Position numbers and translations under genes: made by a program. 64,000 nt of DNA from NCBI GenBank assembly GCA_964484305.1, contig CAZAEI010000003.1, positions 4,672 to 68,671 on the forward strand, given 5' to 3'. The notes beneath the pieces are model-generated. The model was given only the letters and a program-made list of their open reading frames with translations, ran no database searches and was not told where the DNA came from. Shown one piece after another: positions 53,119 to 62,746 of the stretch (positions are counted from its first letter, which is position 1; each line of letters opens with the position of its first letter). The stretch is from an uncultured archaeon (lineage in GTDB: Archaea > Aenigmatarchaeota > Aenigmatarchaeia > QMZP01).

Positions 53119-54384
53119 CTACTCCAGGAGCTGCTTCACGAACTTCCTGGGGCTGAACATCTCAACACTGGAGTATTCCTGGCCGGTTCCCAAGAATAGT
53201 ATGGGCTTCCTTATGGTGTGAACGACAGAGAGTATGGAGCCTCCCCTGGGGTTGACATCGGTCTTGGTCATGACCACGCAGTCCACGTCCACGGCCTCGT
53301 GGAACTTCCTGGCCTGCTCCACGGCATCGCTTCCTGTCAGGGAGTCCACCACCAGGACCTTGAGCTCCGGTTTGTTGACCCTCACGACCTTACTTAACTC
53401 ATCCATGAGGTTCCTGTCGGTGTGGGCCCTCCCTGCTGTGTCAGCCAGGACAACATCAAGCCTGTTCTTCCCGGCATACTTCACGGCATCGAATACCACT
53501 GCCGCTGAGTCAGAGCCGTACTGGTGCTTTATGACCTTGATTCCCAACCTCTCCCCGTGGACCTCGAGCTGCTCGATTGATGCGGCGCGGAATGTGTCAG
53601 CTGCTGCGAGGACGGGCCGGAAGCCCTTCCCCTTGAGGTAGCTCGCACACTTGGCGATGCTTGTGGTCTTGCCCGAGCCATTGAATCCCAGGAAAACCAT
53701 GAGGAGCGGCCTGCCCTCCTTGCGGGATTTCTTTATCAATCCCTCCAGGTCAATGCTCCCCTGGTCCACTATCTCGAGGAGGCTCTCCTCAAAGGCCTTC
53801 TCAACAGCTTCAGAGGCCCTGCCCCTTCTGACCTCGCTACTCACAAGCCTCTCCTTGAGCTTCTCCTTGAGGGAGTCCACAACCCCGAGGGCCACGTCGC
53901 TCTGCAGGAGCTCAACCTCTCCGTCTCCGAAGAAATCATCAATATCCCTTTCAGTGAGTTCCCTGGCAGAGACCCTCTCCCTGATTCCCCTCAGACTGGC
54001 AAGCCTGCTCCTCTTTTCAGGCTCCTCCTTGGGTTTCTCAAACAAGGGCTCTTCAGCCTTGAACTCCTCAACTTCGGACTCCTCAATCTCTGGCTTTTCT
54101 TCAACCCCTTCAGGTTTCCTTTCAGGGGGTTTTTCTGTTACCGGTTCTTCGGCGATTTCTTCCTTCTCGATATTTTCTCTTTTTTCTTCACCGGGCTTGG
54201 CTTTAGGAAGCCTTTTAGGCCTGACCCTTCTGGCAGGCCCAGGCCTGGCTACTCCAGGCCTTTTAGGCCTCTCCTCGACCTTCCCTTCAGCAGGCTTCTC
54301 CACAGCGGGGGTCTCGGCCTTGTTGGAGAGCCTGGCCACGCCCTCCCTGAGCTTCTTCTTGAGCGAATCAAACATGTTCATCAA
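53119..54384 (-). CDS. ftsY: signal recognition particle receptor FtsY
   Basis: Acidic N-terminal region; GFNGSGKTTSIAK, DTAGR, TKTD GTPase motifs. The true start may be the MFDSLKK Met at 54375. Confidence 0.92.
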   Translation of the reverse strand: MMNMFDSLKKKLREGVARLSNKAETPAVEKPAEGKVEERPKRPGVARPGPARRVRPKRLPKAKPGEEKRENIEKEEIAEEPVTEKPPERKPEGVEEKPEIEESEVEEFKAEEPLFEKPKEEPEKRSRLASLRGIRERVSARELTERDIDDFFGDGEVELLQSDVALGVVDSLKEKLKERLVSSEVRRGRASEAVEKAFEESLLEIVDQGSIDLEGLIKKSRKEGRPLLMVFLGFNGSGKTTSIAKCASYLKGKGFRPVLAAADTFRAASIEQLEVHGERLGIKVIKHQYGSDSAAVVFDAVKYAGKNRLDVVLADTAGRAHTDRNLMDELSKVVRVNKPELKVLVVDSLTGSDAVEQARKFHEAVDVDCVVMTKTDVNPRGGSILSVVHTIRKPILFLGTGQEYSSVEMFSPRKFVKQLLE

Positions 54385-54558
54385 CCCCCGTCGCTTCGCG
54401 ACGGCACGTACATTTCACCATCTGGCTTCGTTCATCCACTGCAAGCCAGCATGCACACCATCACTGCAGCTCTGCATTCTTGCAGGTGTGCACTCCAGTT
54501 AATTAATGTGGGGCATTCGTATTAAATATTTAAATACTCAATAACCAAGTGAGGTCCC

Positions 54559-55587
54559 ATGGAGCCGCACATACTTGAACTTCCGAGAAGGGTGGTTGTA
54601 GGCAAGGGCGTCATAGACGGCATAGGAAGGGATTACGAGATTCTGGGGCTGTCCGAGAGGCCGCTCATCCTTGCAGACGACGCAACCCTGAAGATAGCGG
54701 GCGAGAGGGTTGCTGCCTCCCTCTCCAGGTTCAGTCCGGCCAAGGAGATCGTCAGGGATTCCACAACAGAGGAGGCCGAGAGGATATCCGGCCTCGCAGC
54801 GGGCCATTCGTGCATAATCTCGGTTGGCGGGGGAAGGGTGATAGACATAGGCAAGGTTGCGGCCTTTAGGAATGGACTGCCCTTCATATCCGTCCCGACC
54901 GCACCCTCGCATGACGGCATAGCATCAGAGAGGGCCAGCCTGACCCATGGGAACAGCAAGGCCTCGGTAAGGGCCAGGCCGCCGCTCGCAATCATAGCTG
55001 ACATCAGGATTCTCATGAGCGCCCCCCACAGGCTCATAGCCTCGGGCTCGGCTGACGCGATATCCAATCTCACCGCTTTCCAGGACTGGAATCTCGCAAG
55101 GGACAGAGGGGAGTACTACTCAAGGTATGCCGCGTCGCTTGCCATGTTCTCGGCAGAGATTGTCATAGACTCGGCGGGGCTCATCCGTGAGAGGAAGGAG
55201 CGCGGCATAAGGAACCTCATGGAGGCCCTTCTGACCTCGAGTATATCCATGTCCATGGCAGGCTCCTCAAGGCCGGCCTCGGGCTCTGAGCACGCATTCT
55301 CCCATGCCCTGGACAGCCTTGGTTCAAAGGCCCTGCACGGGGAGCAGTGTGGTGTAGGCTCGATAATGATGGCCAGCCTCCAGGGAGGGGACTGGAAGAG
55401 AATCAGGGACGCCCTGAAGGAGGCCGGGGCCCCTGTAACAGCCAGAGAGCTCGGGGTCCCTGACGGGCTCGTGGTAGAGGCCCTTGTAAAGGCCAGGGGT
55501 GTCAGGGAGCGCTACACAATACTCAACGAGAAGCCCCTTGATGAGGAGAGGGCGAGGGAGCTCGCCAGGGCCACGGGCGTTATATAA
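54559..55587 (+). CDS. egsA: NAD(P)-dependent glycerol-1-phosphate dehydrogenase
   Basis: 342 aa; GGGRVIDIGKVAAF, iron-ADH-like fold. Adjacent to GGGP synthase (archaeal lipid pathway). Confidence 0.9.
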   Translation: MEPHILELPRRVVVGKGVIDGIGRDYEILGLSERPLILADDATLKIAGERVAASLSRFSPAKEIVRDSTTEEAERISGLAAGHSCIISVGGGRVIDIGKVAAFRNGLPFISVPTAPSHDGIASERASLTHGNSKASVRARPPLAIIADIRILMSAPHRLIASGSADAISNLTAFQDWNLARDRGEYYSRYAASLAMFSAEIVIDSAGLIRERKERGIRNLMEALLTSSISMSMAGSSRPASGSEHAFSHALDSLGSKALHGEQCGVGSIMMASLQGGDWKRIRDALKEAGAPVTARELGVPDGLVVEALVKARGVRERYTILNEKPLDEERARELARATGVI

Positions 55588-55683
55588 CATGAACAATCAG
55601 GCCCAAGGGCCTGCATGTGATGGCACAAGGCAACATATAAGTATTTAAGCCCATATTATGAGTATAGCCCGGAAGGTGTACCC

Positions 55684-56463
55684 ATGAAGCTGTTCAGGAA
55701 GAGGGGCCGCAGGAAATGGGTGATGAAGTACATCAGCAAGAAGAGGAAGTCAGGCCCGCTTCACTTCACCCTTATCGACCCGGACAAGCAGAAGCCATCG
55801 GAGGCGGCCAAGCTTGCTGTGAAGGCAAGGGAACTGGGGACCGATGCAATCATGATAGGGGGCTCCCAGGCAGCGCAGGCCTTATACCTGAACGACACAA
55901 TCAGGGCCATAAAGGACAAGACCGACCTGCCTGTCATACTCTTCCCGAGCTCGCATTCAGGGGTCTCGCCCTATGCGGACGCCGTATTCTTCATGAGCCT
56001 CCTTAACTCCCGCTCGCCCGCATACCTGATTGATGAGCAGGTCAAGGGGGCTGTCCTGGTCAAGAGCTACGGTATCGAGACCCTCCCCATGGGATACCTG
56101 ATAGTGGAATCAGGAAACATGACCTCTGTGGCATGGGCCGGGGATGTCAAGCCGCTTCCCAGGGACAAGCCGGAGTTCGCGGTGGCCTATGGCCTGGCAG
56201 CCAAGTACTTCGGCATGAGGTTCGTATACCTCGAGGCAGGCTCAGGGGCCGAGAAGCCCGTGCCGAACGATACCATAGCGGCCACCAAGGACGCTATCTC
56301 CGGAAACGGGACCATACTCATTGTTGGCGGGGGCATCAGGGACGAGAAGACAGCAAGAGACAAGGTCCGCTCGGGGGCCGACATCATTGTCACAGGGACC
56401 ATAGCCGAGAAGGACCCCGAGGCCTTGGGCCGGATAATCAGGGCTGTTAAGAAGAGCAGATAG
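55684..56463 (+). CDS. geranylgeranylglyceryl phosphate synthase (PcrB family)
   Basis: LHFTLIDPDKQ, YLEAGSGA, IVGGGIRD motifs. An alternative start lies at 55723. Confidence 0.9.
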   Translation: MKLFRKRGRRKWVMKYISKKRKSGPLHFTLIDPDKQKPSEAAKLAVKARELGTDAIMIGGSQAAQALYLNDTIRAIKDKTDLPVILFPSSHSGVSPYADAVFFMSLLNSRSPAYLIDEQVKGAVLVKSYGIETLPMGYLIVESGNMTSVAWAGDVKPLPRDKPEFAVAYGLAAKYFGMRFVYLEAGSGAEKPVPNDTIAATKDAISGNGTILIVGGGIRDEKTARDKVRSGADIIVTGTIAEKDPEALGRIIRAVKKSR

Positions 56464-56511
56464 GGCTCTGGGACTGCAGTTCTTTTTATACCTTTCTGGA
56501 GAATCAGGGAA

Positions 56512-56528
56512 ATATAACAGTGTTATAT
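56512..56528. promoter_or_regulatory. 17-bp perfect palindrome ATATAACA-G-TGTTATAT upstream of the SLT operon (putative operator)
   Basis: Identical 19-mer atataacagtgttatatca recurs at 60885-60903. About 55 nt upstream of ATG 56583, followed by an AT-rich TATA-like stretch. Confidence 0.5.
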
Positions 56529-56582
56529 CACTCCCTGTCCGTCCAAGCAACAATATAATATATCAAAACCAATTATAAGAAT

Positions 56583-57158
56583 ATGAAAGGCTTTGAGACA
56601 ATTGGGCAAGGAATGAAGGTCATTCTTGCTGTATTTGTGGGTGTTGTTACTTTCTTAATAGTCACCCAAACATGGGCTTCCCTTGGTCCTTCAGGATCTG
56701 ATGGGCCTGCCACAGGATTTGATTTCCTGATAAACCATGCAGCCCTCAGGTACGGCGTAGAGGCAACCCTCATAAAAGCCGTGATAAAGCAGGAGAGCAA
56801 CTTCGACCCTGCAGAAAAATCCGATGCAGGTGCCAAGGGCCTCATGCAACTCATGCCCAGTACAGCAGAGGGCCTCGGGAAACCCACCACACCAGAGGGA
56901 AAATATTGCAACCTCGACATAACCGACCCCTTCGACCCGGAACAGAACATAAACGGGGGGACCTGCTACCTGTCATATTTATTGGACAGATACGATAATA
57001 ATAAAGAGCTGGCCCTGGCCGCATACAACGCAGGACCAACAAGGGTCGATGCCTGCAAATGCGTTCCAAACATACCGGAAACCCAGCAGTATGTCAGACT
57101 CGTGACAAATTACTACGATGAATACAAGGGTCAGGGCGGCTTGACGGCGGTTGGATGA
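56583..57158 (+). CDS. membrane-anchored lytic transglycosylase (SLT/GH23 domain)
   Basis: 191 aa; IKQESNFDP (catalytic Glu), GLMQLMP, AAYNAGP. N-terminus MKGFETIGQGMKVILAVFVGVVTFLIV. Confidence 0.9.
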   Translation: MKGFETIGQGMKVILAVFVGVVTFLIVTQTWASLGPSGSDGPATGFDFLINHAALRYGVEATLIKAVIKQESNFDPAEKSDAGAKGLMQLMPSTAEGLGKPTTPEGKYCNLDITDPFDPEQNINGGTCYLSYLLDRYDNNKELALAAYNAGPTRVDACKCVPNIPETQQYVRLVTNYYDEYKGQGGLTAVG

Positions 57159-57340
57159 CCTTGGACAAAAATGTAACTGCAATGATGGGCCAGATAACAA
57201 TAGAGTTCAGCATATGGTTTTTTGTGAAGATTGTGCTTTTCCTTCTGCTGTTCCTGATACTTTTCCTTTTCGTTCCATCCACCCTGCATGCAGCTGCTGA
57301 GTGGATTGGAGGACTCTTTGGGGGCGGGGGCTCCCCGTAG
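57155..57340 (+). CDS. small hydrophobic protein, prepilin-like N-terminus
   Basis: 61 aa; MMG|QITIEFSIWFFVKIVLFLLLFLILFLFV; ATGA start/stop overlap with the SLT gene. Confidence 0.55.
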   Translation: MTLDKNVTAMMGQITIEFSIWFFVKIVLFLLLFLILFLFVPSTLHAAAEWIGGLFGGGGSP

Positions 57341-57354
57341 CGAGGCGCTTAGTT

Positions 57355-60195
57355 ATGAAAAAACCACAAAGAAGAAAGGGAATGAAGGGCTTTGAAATAG
57401 GCATCAACATGATGGTCCTCACAGTCTTTGCTTTCATCGGCATAGGCCTTGCTTTTGTGGCATTCATTGCCACCACCGAATACTTCCCCGAACTCCAGGA
57501 TTGGCTGCTCAACTTATTCAACGAAACCCTCACCCCGGATATGAAAGATAACTATGAGATTACCAAGGTCTCTATGCAGGCCCTGGTGTGCGCCATAAAC
57601 ACCGTAGCGACAGGGGAGGAATACACAGCAGACGGCTGCTCTAAATTCTATACCAGCACTCCCCCAAAAACCAGTGATGAGCCCGGATCGGTTTTTCCTA
57701 ATATCCCTGATTCTCCTGTTGTACCAGAATATGGGGCTGATACCCCGCCACAATATGATCCAGGTGTAGGCAACATGGTCTCCAAGGACTACAGTGACTT
57801 CATGACAGGCCTCGCAACCAGAGATACACAAAAAAAACAAAAAACCGTGTTTACATGCAATCAAGGATACACTGAATGTACATTATACAACTTCAGGCTT
57901 CCCCAGGAATTTGGTGGCGTAAAAGGCACAGCCGAAGAGTGGGTTAAAGGTTGTGGAGATCCGGACTTCCTTATGTACTGGCAGGAATTCCCAGAGGGTG
58001 AAGACCAATCATGGAACAGCTTCCGAACCTGGGCAGAAAACGTATATGATATAATCTTTGCGTGGTGGGGCGCGGGCAAAGTGTTTAGAATCGGTAAGGG
58101 CACTGCAAAGATCACGTTCCAATACACTGTAAAGAAGGGGATATATTCTGCTAAGGATGTTTATGCTAGAATAGTCTATAGGGATCCGCTCGAATATTTC
58201 GTTAAACATACACTAAATCAGAAATCGAGTGCAACACTAAAACAAGAACTGGGAAAAATCGGAGAAGAAATATTATCTAAAAAGCTAATGGGTAAAGAGA
58301 TAGCCACTCTCGCAAAGCGCGGTATTGCAATAACTCCATGGACGGTAGCGGCTGCTCTTATTGACAGCATCAATGCCAAATACAAGCAGTATACCAACTC
58401 AATTGTGTTGAAGATTCCCTTTAATGACCCAGAGAACAAATCACTCCAGCTTAACGGCGAACCCGTGTTTCTAAAGAACAAGAAAACGTCATTCTATATG
58501 GTCTCTCCCTGTGATGCAAACCTCAAGGTAGAGAGGGTTGTTGCAGAGTGCAACGCCAAAGAAACTAATAGTGGCAAAATCACTAGTTTTGCATACGACC
58601 TGACATCCGGTTCAATGAGATGCTATGAGCCGGATTTTGAAGATTACAAGGAGATTCCGGCTTCTGAAATTGAGTGCAGGAAAGACAAAAATATAGCAGA
58701 ATACTTCCCTGGAGAGGATCCCACGATTCCAAGTATAATATCAGGTATTGAGGGAAAGGATGAGCTAAGGATATCAAATCTTGCCGAATCAAAGGACGTA
58801 CTAAACATAAGGGACCCAATCCACGGTGTTACCTTCATTCTCGAGAAGAAAAGAGTTACAATTGAAGAGCCAACCGAAATAGGGTTTATTGAAAATGAAA
58901 TTGATGCTTGGGAAATAACACGTATAACCTTTGAGAACACTGACGGATCAGAAAAGACATTCAATGTAGTTGACGGAAAAACAACAAACCCCGAATTCAT
59001 CGACCTCGGTTACAGCGATCCACCGGAATTGGGAAAATACATATTCAACTACATTGACCCAGAAAGTGGTCTAATCAAAATAGAAATAAAACCAGACAAT
59101 TTCAATATAGAGTTCGATAGCTCAAAGAGCGACATTTCAGGCATCACAAGGGAGCGTGGCAAAAATCTTCAATGTACCTGTGAATACACAGGCCGATTTA
59201 CCGATCACAAAGCAGTAGGGTTAACAGCAGACCAGATTATCTCTGAATGTGATGATTATGTCAGATCACATTATCTTGGCAGTTATAAAGGAGCCAGCGA
59301 CCTCATGTTTTACGACTGCAATGAGGTGGGAACACCCGAAACCCCTGATGGAAATGTTAATGTAGAGAGATGTGAGTGTGCGTTTAAGATGGGTTCTTCC
59401 ACAGAAAAATATTATGTCTATGGAAAGGATGAAGCAGACGCTACTGAAAAATGTCAGGACGATTTCGCATCCTTCCAGAATACAAAAAACAAGCCAAGCG
59501 AGCTAACGATATCAAACTGCCAGCCAATCCAAGGAGATTTCGAAGATGTTGAAAACGATTGTCCTCAATGCGGGGAATACAAGAAGATTTTAGAGAATAT
59601 CAAATTGATTAAGTTTGAGGAAAGGGTTGAAAAGATTGAAACTGATGTTGGAGATAAAAATCTTGAATATAATTCACTTATCATTGTTCGTGATGACTAC
59701 AGTGTTGTATTCACTGACAAGGACAGCAAGGTTAGAGAAACAATAGAAGAAATGGAAAAAAGAGAAGCAGACGGGATTGCCGAGACAATAGGAATAGATA
59801 AAAAGGCATGGTATGAGATTTTTTGGTATTCGTTTCCTGACCAGGTACTTCTGGAGGACATGGATTTTGATGGCAAGATAGACATTGTCAGCACAAAGCT
59901 GGACTGCAAGATACCTGGCGTGACCGTGGAACTGGTGGAAAGGAACAGCCTTGGAGATGAACCCAACTTCTGCTTTGCTCCAGGAAGCAAGATAAGGACT
60001 GCCATAAGATGGGTCCCTGAGGCAGGCATTCTGCTTGGAGGTGTTGCAGGCCTTCTAGGCGGGCCGTTAGCCGGAGTGAGTGTCCCAGGCGGTATGGTGG
60101 TTGGACAGAGGGTTGGCGCAGCAATCTTCACGGCATATGTGGTGGTTGAGAAATTCACAGGAAGCGCGGACATATGGCCCGGAAAGGATACCTGA
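57355..60195 (+). CDS. 946-aa surface protein with prepilin-like N-terminus, duplicated Cys motif and Gly-zipper hydrophobic C-terminus
   Basis: MKKPQRRKGMKG|FEIGINMMVLTVFAFIGIGLAFVAF. C-terminal AGILLGGVAGLLGGPLAGVSVPGGMVVGQRVGAAIF. No catalytic motif recognised. ATG at 57355 follows the stop of the previous ORF. Confidence 0.8.
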   Translation: MKKPQRRKGMKGFEIGINMMVLTVFAFIGIGLAFVAFIATTEYFPELQDWLLNLFNETLTPDMKDNYEITKVSMQALVCAINTVATGEEYTADGCSKFYTSTPPKTSDEPGSVFPNIPDSPVVPEYGADTPPQYDPGVGNMVSKDYSDFMTGLATRDTQKKQKTVFTCNQGYTECTLYNFRLPQEFGGVKGTAEEWVKGCGDPDFLMYWQEFPEGEDQSWNSFRTWAENVYDIIFAWWGAGKVFRIGKGTAKITFQYTVKKGIYSAKDVYARIVYRDPLEYFVKHTLNQKSSATLKQELGKIGEEILSKKLMGKEIATLAKRGIAITPWTVAAALIDSINAKYKQYTNSIVLKIPFNDPENKSLQLNGEPVFLKNKKTSFYMVSPCDANLKVERVVAECNAKETNSGKITSFAYDLTSGSMRCYEPDFEDYKEIPASEIECRKDKNIAEYFPGEDPTIPSIISGIEGKDELRISNLAESKDVLNIRDPIHGVTFILEKKRVTIEEPTEIGFIENEIDAWEITRITFENTDGSEKTFNVVDGKTTNPEFIDLGYSDPPELGKYIFNYIDPESGLIKIEIKPDNFNIEFDSSKSDISGITRERGKNLQCTCEYTGRFTDHKAVGLTADQIISECDDYVRSHYLGSYKGASDLMFYDCNEVGTPETPDGNVNVERCECAFKMGSSTEKYYVYGKDEADATEKCQDDFASFQNTKNKPSELTISNCQPIQGDFEDVENDCPQCGEYKKILENIKLIKFEERVEKIETDVGDKNLEYNSLIIVRDDYSVVFTDKDSKVRETIEEMEKREADGIAETIGIDKKAWYEIFWYSFPDQVLLEDMDFDGKIDIVSTKLDCKIPGVTVELVERNSLGDEPNFCFAPGSKIRTAIRWVPEAGILLGGVAGLLGGPLAGVSVPGGMVVGQRVGAAIFTAYVVVEKFTGSADIWPGKDT

Positions 60196-60208
60196 ATCGC
60201 ATCCTATT

Positions 60209-60820
60209 CTAAGTACCAGGTCCTAAGGAGTTCACAACATATTTAGCTGGCTTACTTAGAGTCCTCTGATTCTTCGGAACCTCAAATATTGAGAATACTA
60301 TGGAAAGACCATTCTCATAAAAAACTTTATAACCCTGTCTCCAACGACCTCCGGTTTCAATGGGTTCAATCTCTGTTACTCTCACCCCCTCAAACCCTCT
60401 AAGGTAATCCTTGTAACCTTCTACATTCCCTTCCATGTAGACATCTCTCTCACCTGACTCAAGGGCTGCGGCAAAGGACTCCATGAAAGCATCATGACTG
60501 GACATATCAAGGGCATGTTTCTTGGGAGTAGTTGCCCCCTCGATTTCTTTTGTTGGGTATGCTGTCTTAGGAAGCTCTAGTGATGCTCTGGGCATTTCTT
60601 TTTCAGACAACTGCAGGGTTACGGGCGCCGGCTCCCTTACTACATTTACTTGGGTCTCGTCCACATCACCGCCCATGTATTTCGAGCCAAGCCATCCCAA
60701 AAGAGCAACGCCTGCGGCCACAGGAACCCCTATCCCTACTATCCGTTTTATCCGCCTTTGCCCCTTCCAGTTGATTGGGGTTTTGTAAAGCTCATCTGCA
60801 GTAGTTGTGCTGTTTGCCAT
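60209..60820 (-). CDS. single-pass membrane protein, hypothetical
   Basis: 203 aa; basic stretch KGQRRIKR followed by TM IVGIGVPVAAGVALLGWLG. It is the only minus-strand gene in the cluster. Confidence 0.6.
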   Translation of the reverse strand: MANSTTTADELYKTPINWKGQRRIKRIVGIGVPVAAGVALLGWLGSKYMGGDVDETQVNVVREPAPVTLQLSEKEMPRASLELPKTAYPTKEIEGATTPKKHALDMSSHDAFMESFAAALESGERDVYMEGNVEGYKDYLRGFEGVRVTEIEPIETGGRWRQGYKVFYENGLSIVFSIFEVPKNQRTLSKPAKYVVNSLGPGT

Positions 60821-60884
60821 ACAAACACCTCTTGTGAGTAGTTAATTCGACCATTTATAAAGGTTTTGGTGTGCAATTGTCGAT

Positions 60885-60901
60885 ATATAACAGTGTTATA
60901 T
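60885..60901. promoter_or_regulatory. second copy of the 17-bp palindrome ATATAACA-G-TGTTATAT (putative operator in the divergent intergenic region)
   Basis: Lies between the minus-strand gene start (60820) and the small-protein gene start (60981). Confidence 0.5.
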
Positions 60902-60980
60902 CAAGCCCCGTGGCGGCCATCCCTCAATTTCAACCGACCGAGGACAAACGATTAAATAAACCCCCAGACAATATATAACC

Positions 60981-61127
60981 ATGGAAATCACAATAAGGAC
61001 GATGCTAATTGTGGTTGTCGCTCTGATTGTTATCCTCGTCGCTCTGACGGTTGTGCTCAACCTCAGCGGGGGATCAAACAACGCAATAACCGGCCTCTTT
61101 GACTGGATAAAGAGCATGATGGGTTAG
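60981..61127 (+). CDS. 48-aa hydrophobic protein (Flp/pilin-like?)
   Basis: MEITIRTMLIVVVALIVILVALTVVLNLSGGSNNAITGLFDWIKSMMG. Below the ORF-track cut-off; first gene after the palindrome. Confidence 0.45.
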   Translation: MEITIRTMLIVVVALIVILVALTVVLNLSGGSNNAITGLFDWIKSMMG

Positions 61128-61201
61128 CACAGGTTAGCTTCCCGGCAAACAATAATTCTATACGCGGCTTGAATATAAACATCCTCCTTGTATAATAAAG
61201 T

Positions 61202-61876
61202 ATGAACATGAAATGCAAGGGAGCGACAAACACAGCACTTATAATCATAGGGAGCATAGTCTTTCTCCTCTTTGTGCTCGGCATCTTTATCTACAGTATC
61301 TGGCCCTGGATTTATTATGGACCGTTCAGCCCCTGCTACGCATCTGCTTACTCCAGCGTCAGGACCCTGGCAGGCTTCGACCTTCTCAGGGACCCCCAGA
61401 CCATTGCACTGGGAAAATGCGTCAGCGCGCTCTATCTTGTAAATGGAAATGAGCTGGACGAAATCTCAGAGAAGATAGGCAAAAACTTCAAAAAGGAGCT
61501 GGACTGCGATGAAGGGGGAAAGAGCTATGTCATAGCAGTCCCCATCATCGAGGGCGGGGAGTGGACATGGAACATCTTCAAGTGGCCAAAAGAGATGCTC
61601 AATGGGTTAAAGCAGCGATATGTCCAAAAGGTCTGGCCGGGGGCCATCTGCAGGATTCTCAGCGAAGAAAGGAAATTCGCCTACACCGCATATTTCGAGG
61701 GCGACAATACATACTGTGTTGACATAACCAAGGACATGCATGCCTCCACCTACTCTATAGACTGTTGCAAAGGCACCTGCAAAGAATGTGGGGCCAACCC
61801 CAACAATCCAGGAATGTTCTACGACGAGGAGGACACCAAGGGCATATGGGATAGGTGCGAGGGAGAGATTTCATGA
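61202..61876 (+). CDS. prepilin-like N-terminus protein, Cys-rich
   Basis: 224 aa; MNMKCKG|ATNTALIIIGSIVFLLFVLGIFIY; C-terminal CCKGTCKECG. Confidence 0.65.
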   Translation: MNMKCKGATNTALIIIGSIVFLLFVLGIFIYSIWPWIYYGPFSPCYASAYSSVRTLAGFDLLRDPQTIALGKCVSALYLVNGNELDEISEKIGKNFKKELDCDEGGKSYVIAVPIIEGGEWTWNIFKWPKEMLNGLKQRYVQKVWPGAICRILSEERKFAYTAYFEGDNTYCVDITKDMHASTYSIDCCKGTCKECGANPNNPGMFYDEEDTKGIWDRCEGEIS

Positions 61877-61889
61877 GGAGAGGGATATC

Positions 61890-62282
61890 ATGAGGGGCGA
61901 TGTGCCCCTGACGGTCCAGGTAATCTTTGCAGGACTCCTTGTAATGGTGGTTCTGTACTTCGTGTGGCAGGATGTGATGGTGCCTTCTGTAAGGAGCTAT
62001 GGAAACGAGCACGCCCACTTGACTGCCCAGGCAATTGCAACTGCTGTCAATTCACTCTCCAGGGAGGAGCAGGGAACCTTCTACAGGGAACTGGGCCTTG
62101 CCTGGGACATTGGTGTATTTCACAAGGATGATGATGCCTACGTATCCGTATCCCACGGAGAATTCAAGAGCGGTGACATAATCATCCTTTATGATATTGA
62201 CGATTTCACAGCAAGCGATATCAGCAGCATTTATGTTGTCAAGGAGCTGGGCAAGAAGGCAAGGCTAACGGAGAAGATATAA
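61890..62282 (+). CDS. prepilin-like N-terminus protein
   Basis: 130 aa; MRG|DVPLTVQVIFAGLLVMVVLYFVW. Confidence 0.6.
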   Translation: MRGDVPLTVQVIFAGLLVMVVLYFVWQDVMVPSVRSYGNEHAHLTAQAIATAVNSLSREEQGTFYRELGLAWDIGVFHKDDDAYVSVSHGEFKSGDIIILYDIDDFTASDISSIYVVKELGKKARLTEKI

Positions 62283-62746
62283 TGGGAGAGTACCAGCTGA
62301 TATACACGGCCATAGCGGCTATTGTATTCGTGACAGCCATAATAGGCGGGAGATTCTTCATAGTAAGCAACTTTGTCCAGGCGGACATCGAGTCCCAGAC
62401 AACCACGAGGGAACTCAATGCCATGTCCCTTTCATATAATATTCTGGACTGCCTCAAACAGGATGGAGACTCTGTCCAGGCGGGATTCCTTGATGGCAAC
62501 ACAGGCAAGAATATCTGCGAGCTCTGCGGGATATGCAGCCTGATTTCAGAAGCCATGGTTACAGACCTGGAAGCATCAGAAAGGGAATGGGAATTCAAAT
62601 ATTCTGCTGTATCCAAGCTCCCCCAGACTCTCAGTGACAAGCTGCTCGTGTGGAGAGATGACAGAAACAAGAAATCATACTCAGTCTATCTTGACATAGA
62701 CTACGGAGAAGAATCTCATATGGGGATGCTTGATGTAAATGTCTAG
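62282..62746 (+). CDS. prepilin-like N-terminus protein
   Basis: 154 aa; MG|EYQLIYTAIAAIVFVTAIIGG; TAATG overlap with the upstream gene. Confidence 0.6.
   Translation: MGEYQLIYTAIAAIVFVTAIIGGRFFIVSNFVQADIESQTTTRELNAMSLSYNILDCLKQDGDSVQAGFLDGNTGKNICELCGICSLISEAMVTDLEASEREWEFKYSAVSKLPQTLSDKLLVWRDDRNKKSYSVYLDIDYGEESHMGMLDVNV

Noticed and set aside
53651-54502. 283-aa plus-strand ORF
   Set aside because: It is antisense to ftsY and its product is extremely Ser/Leu-rich. It mirrors the acidic/lysine-rich FtsY N-terminal region.
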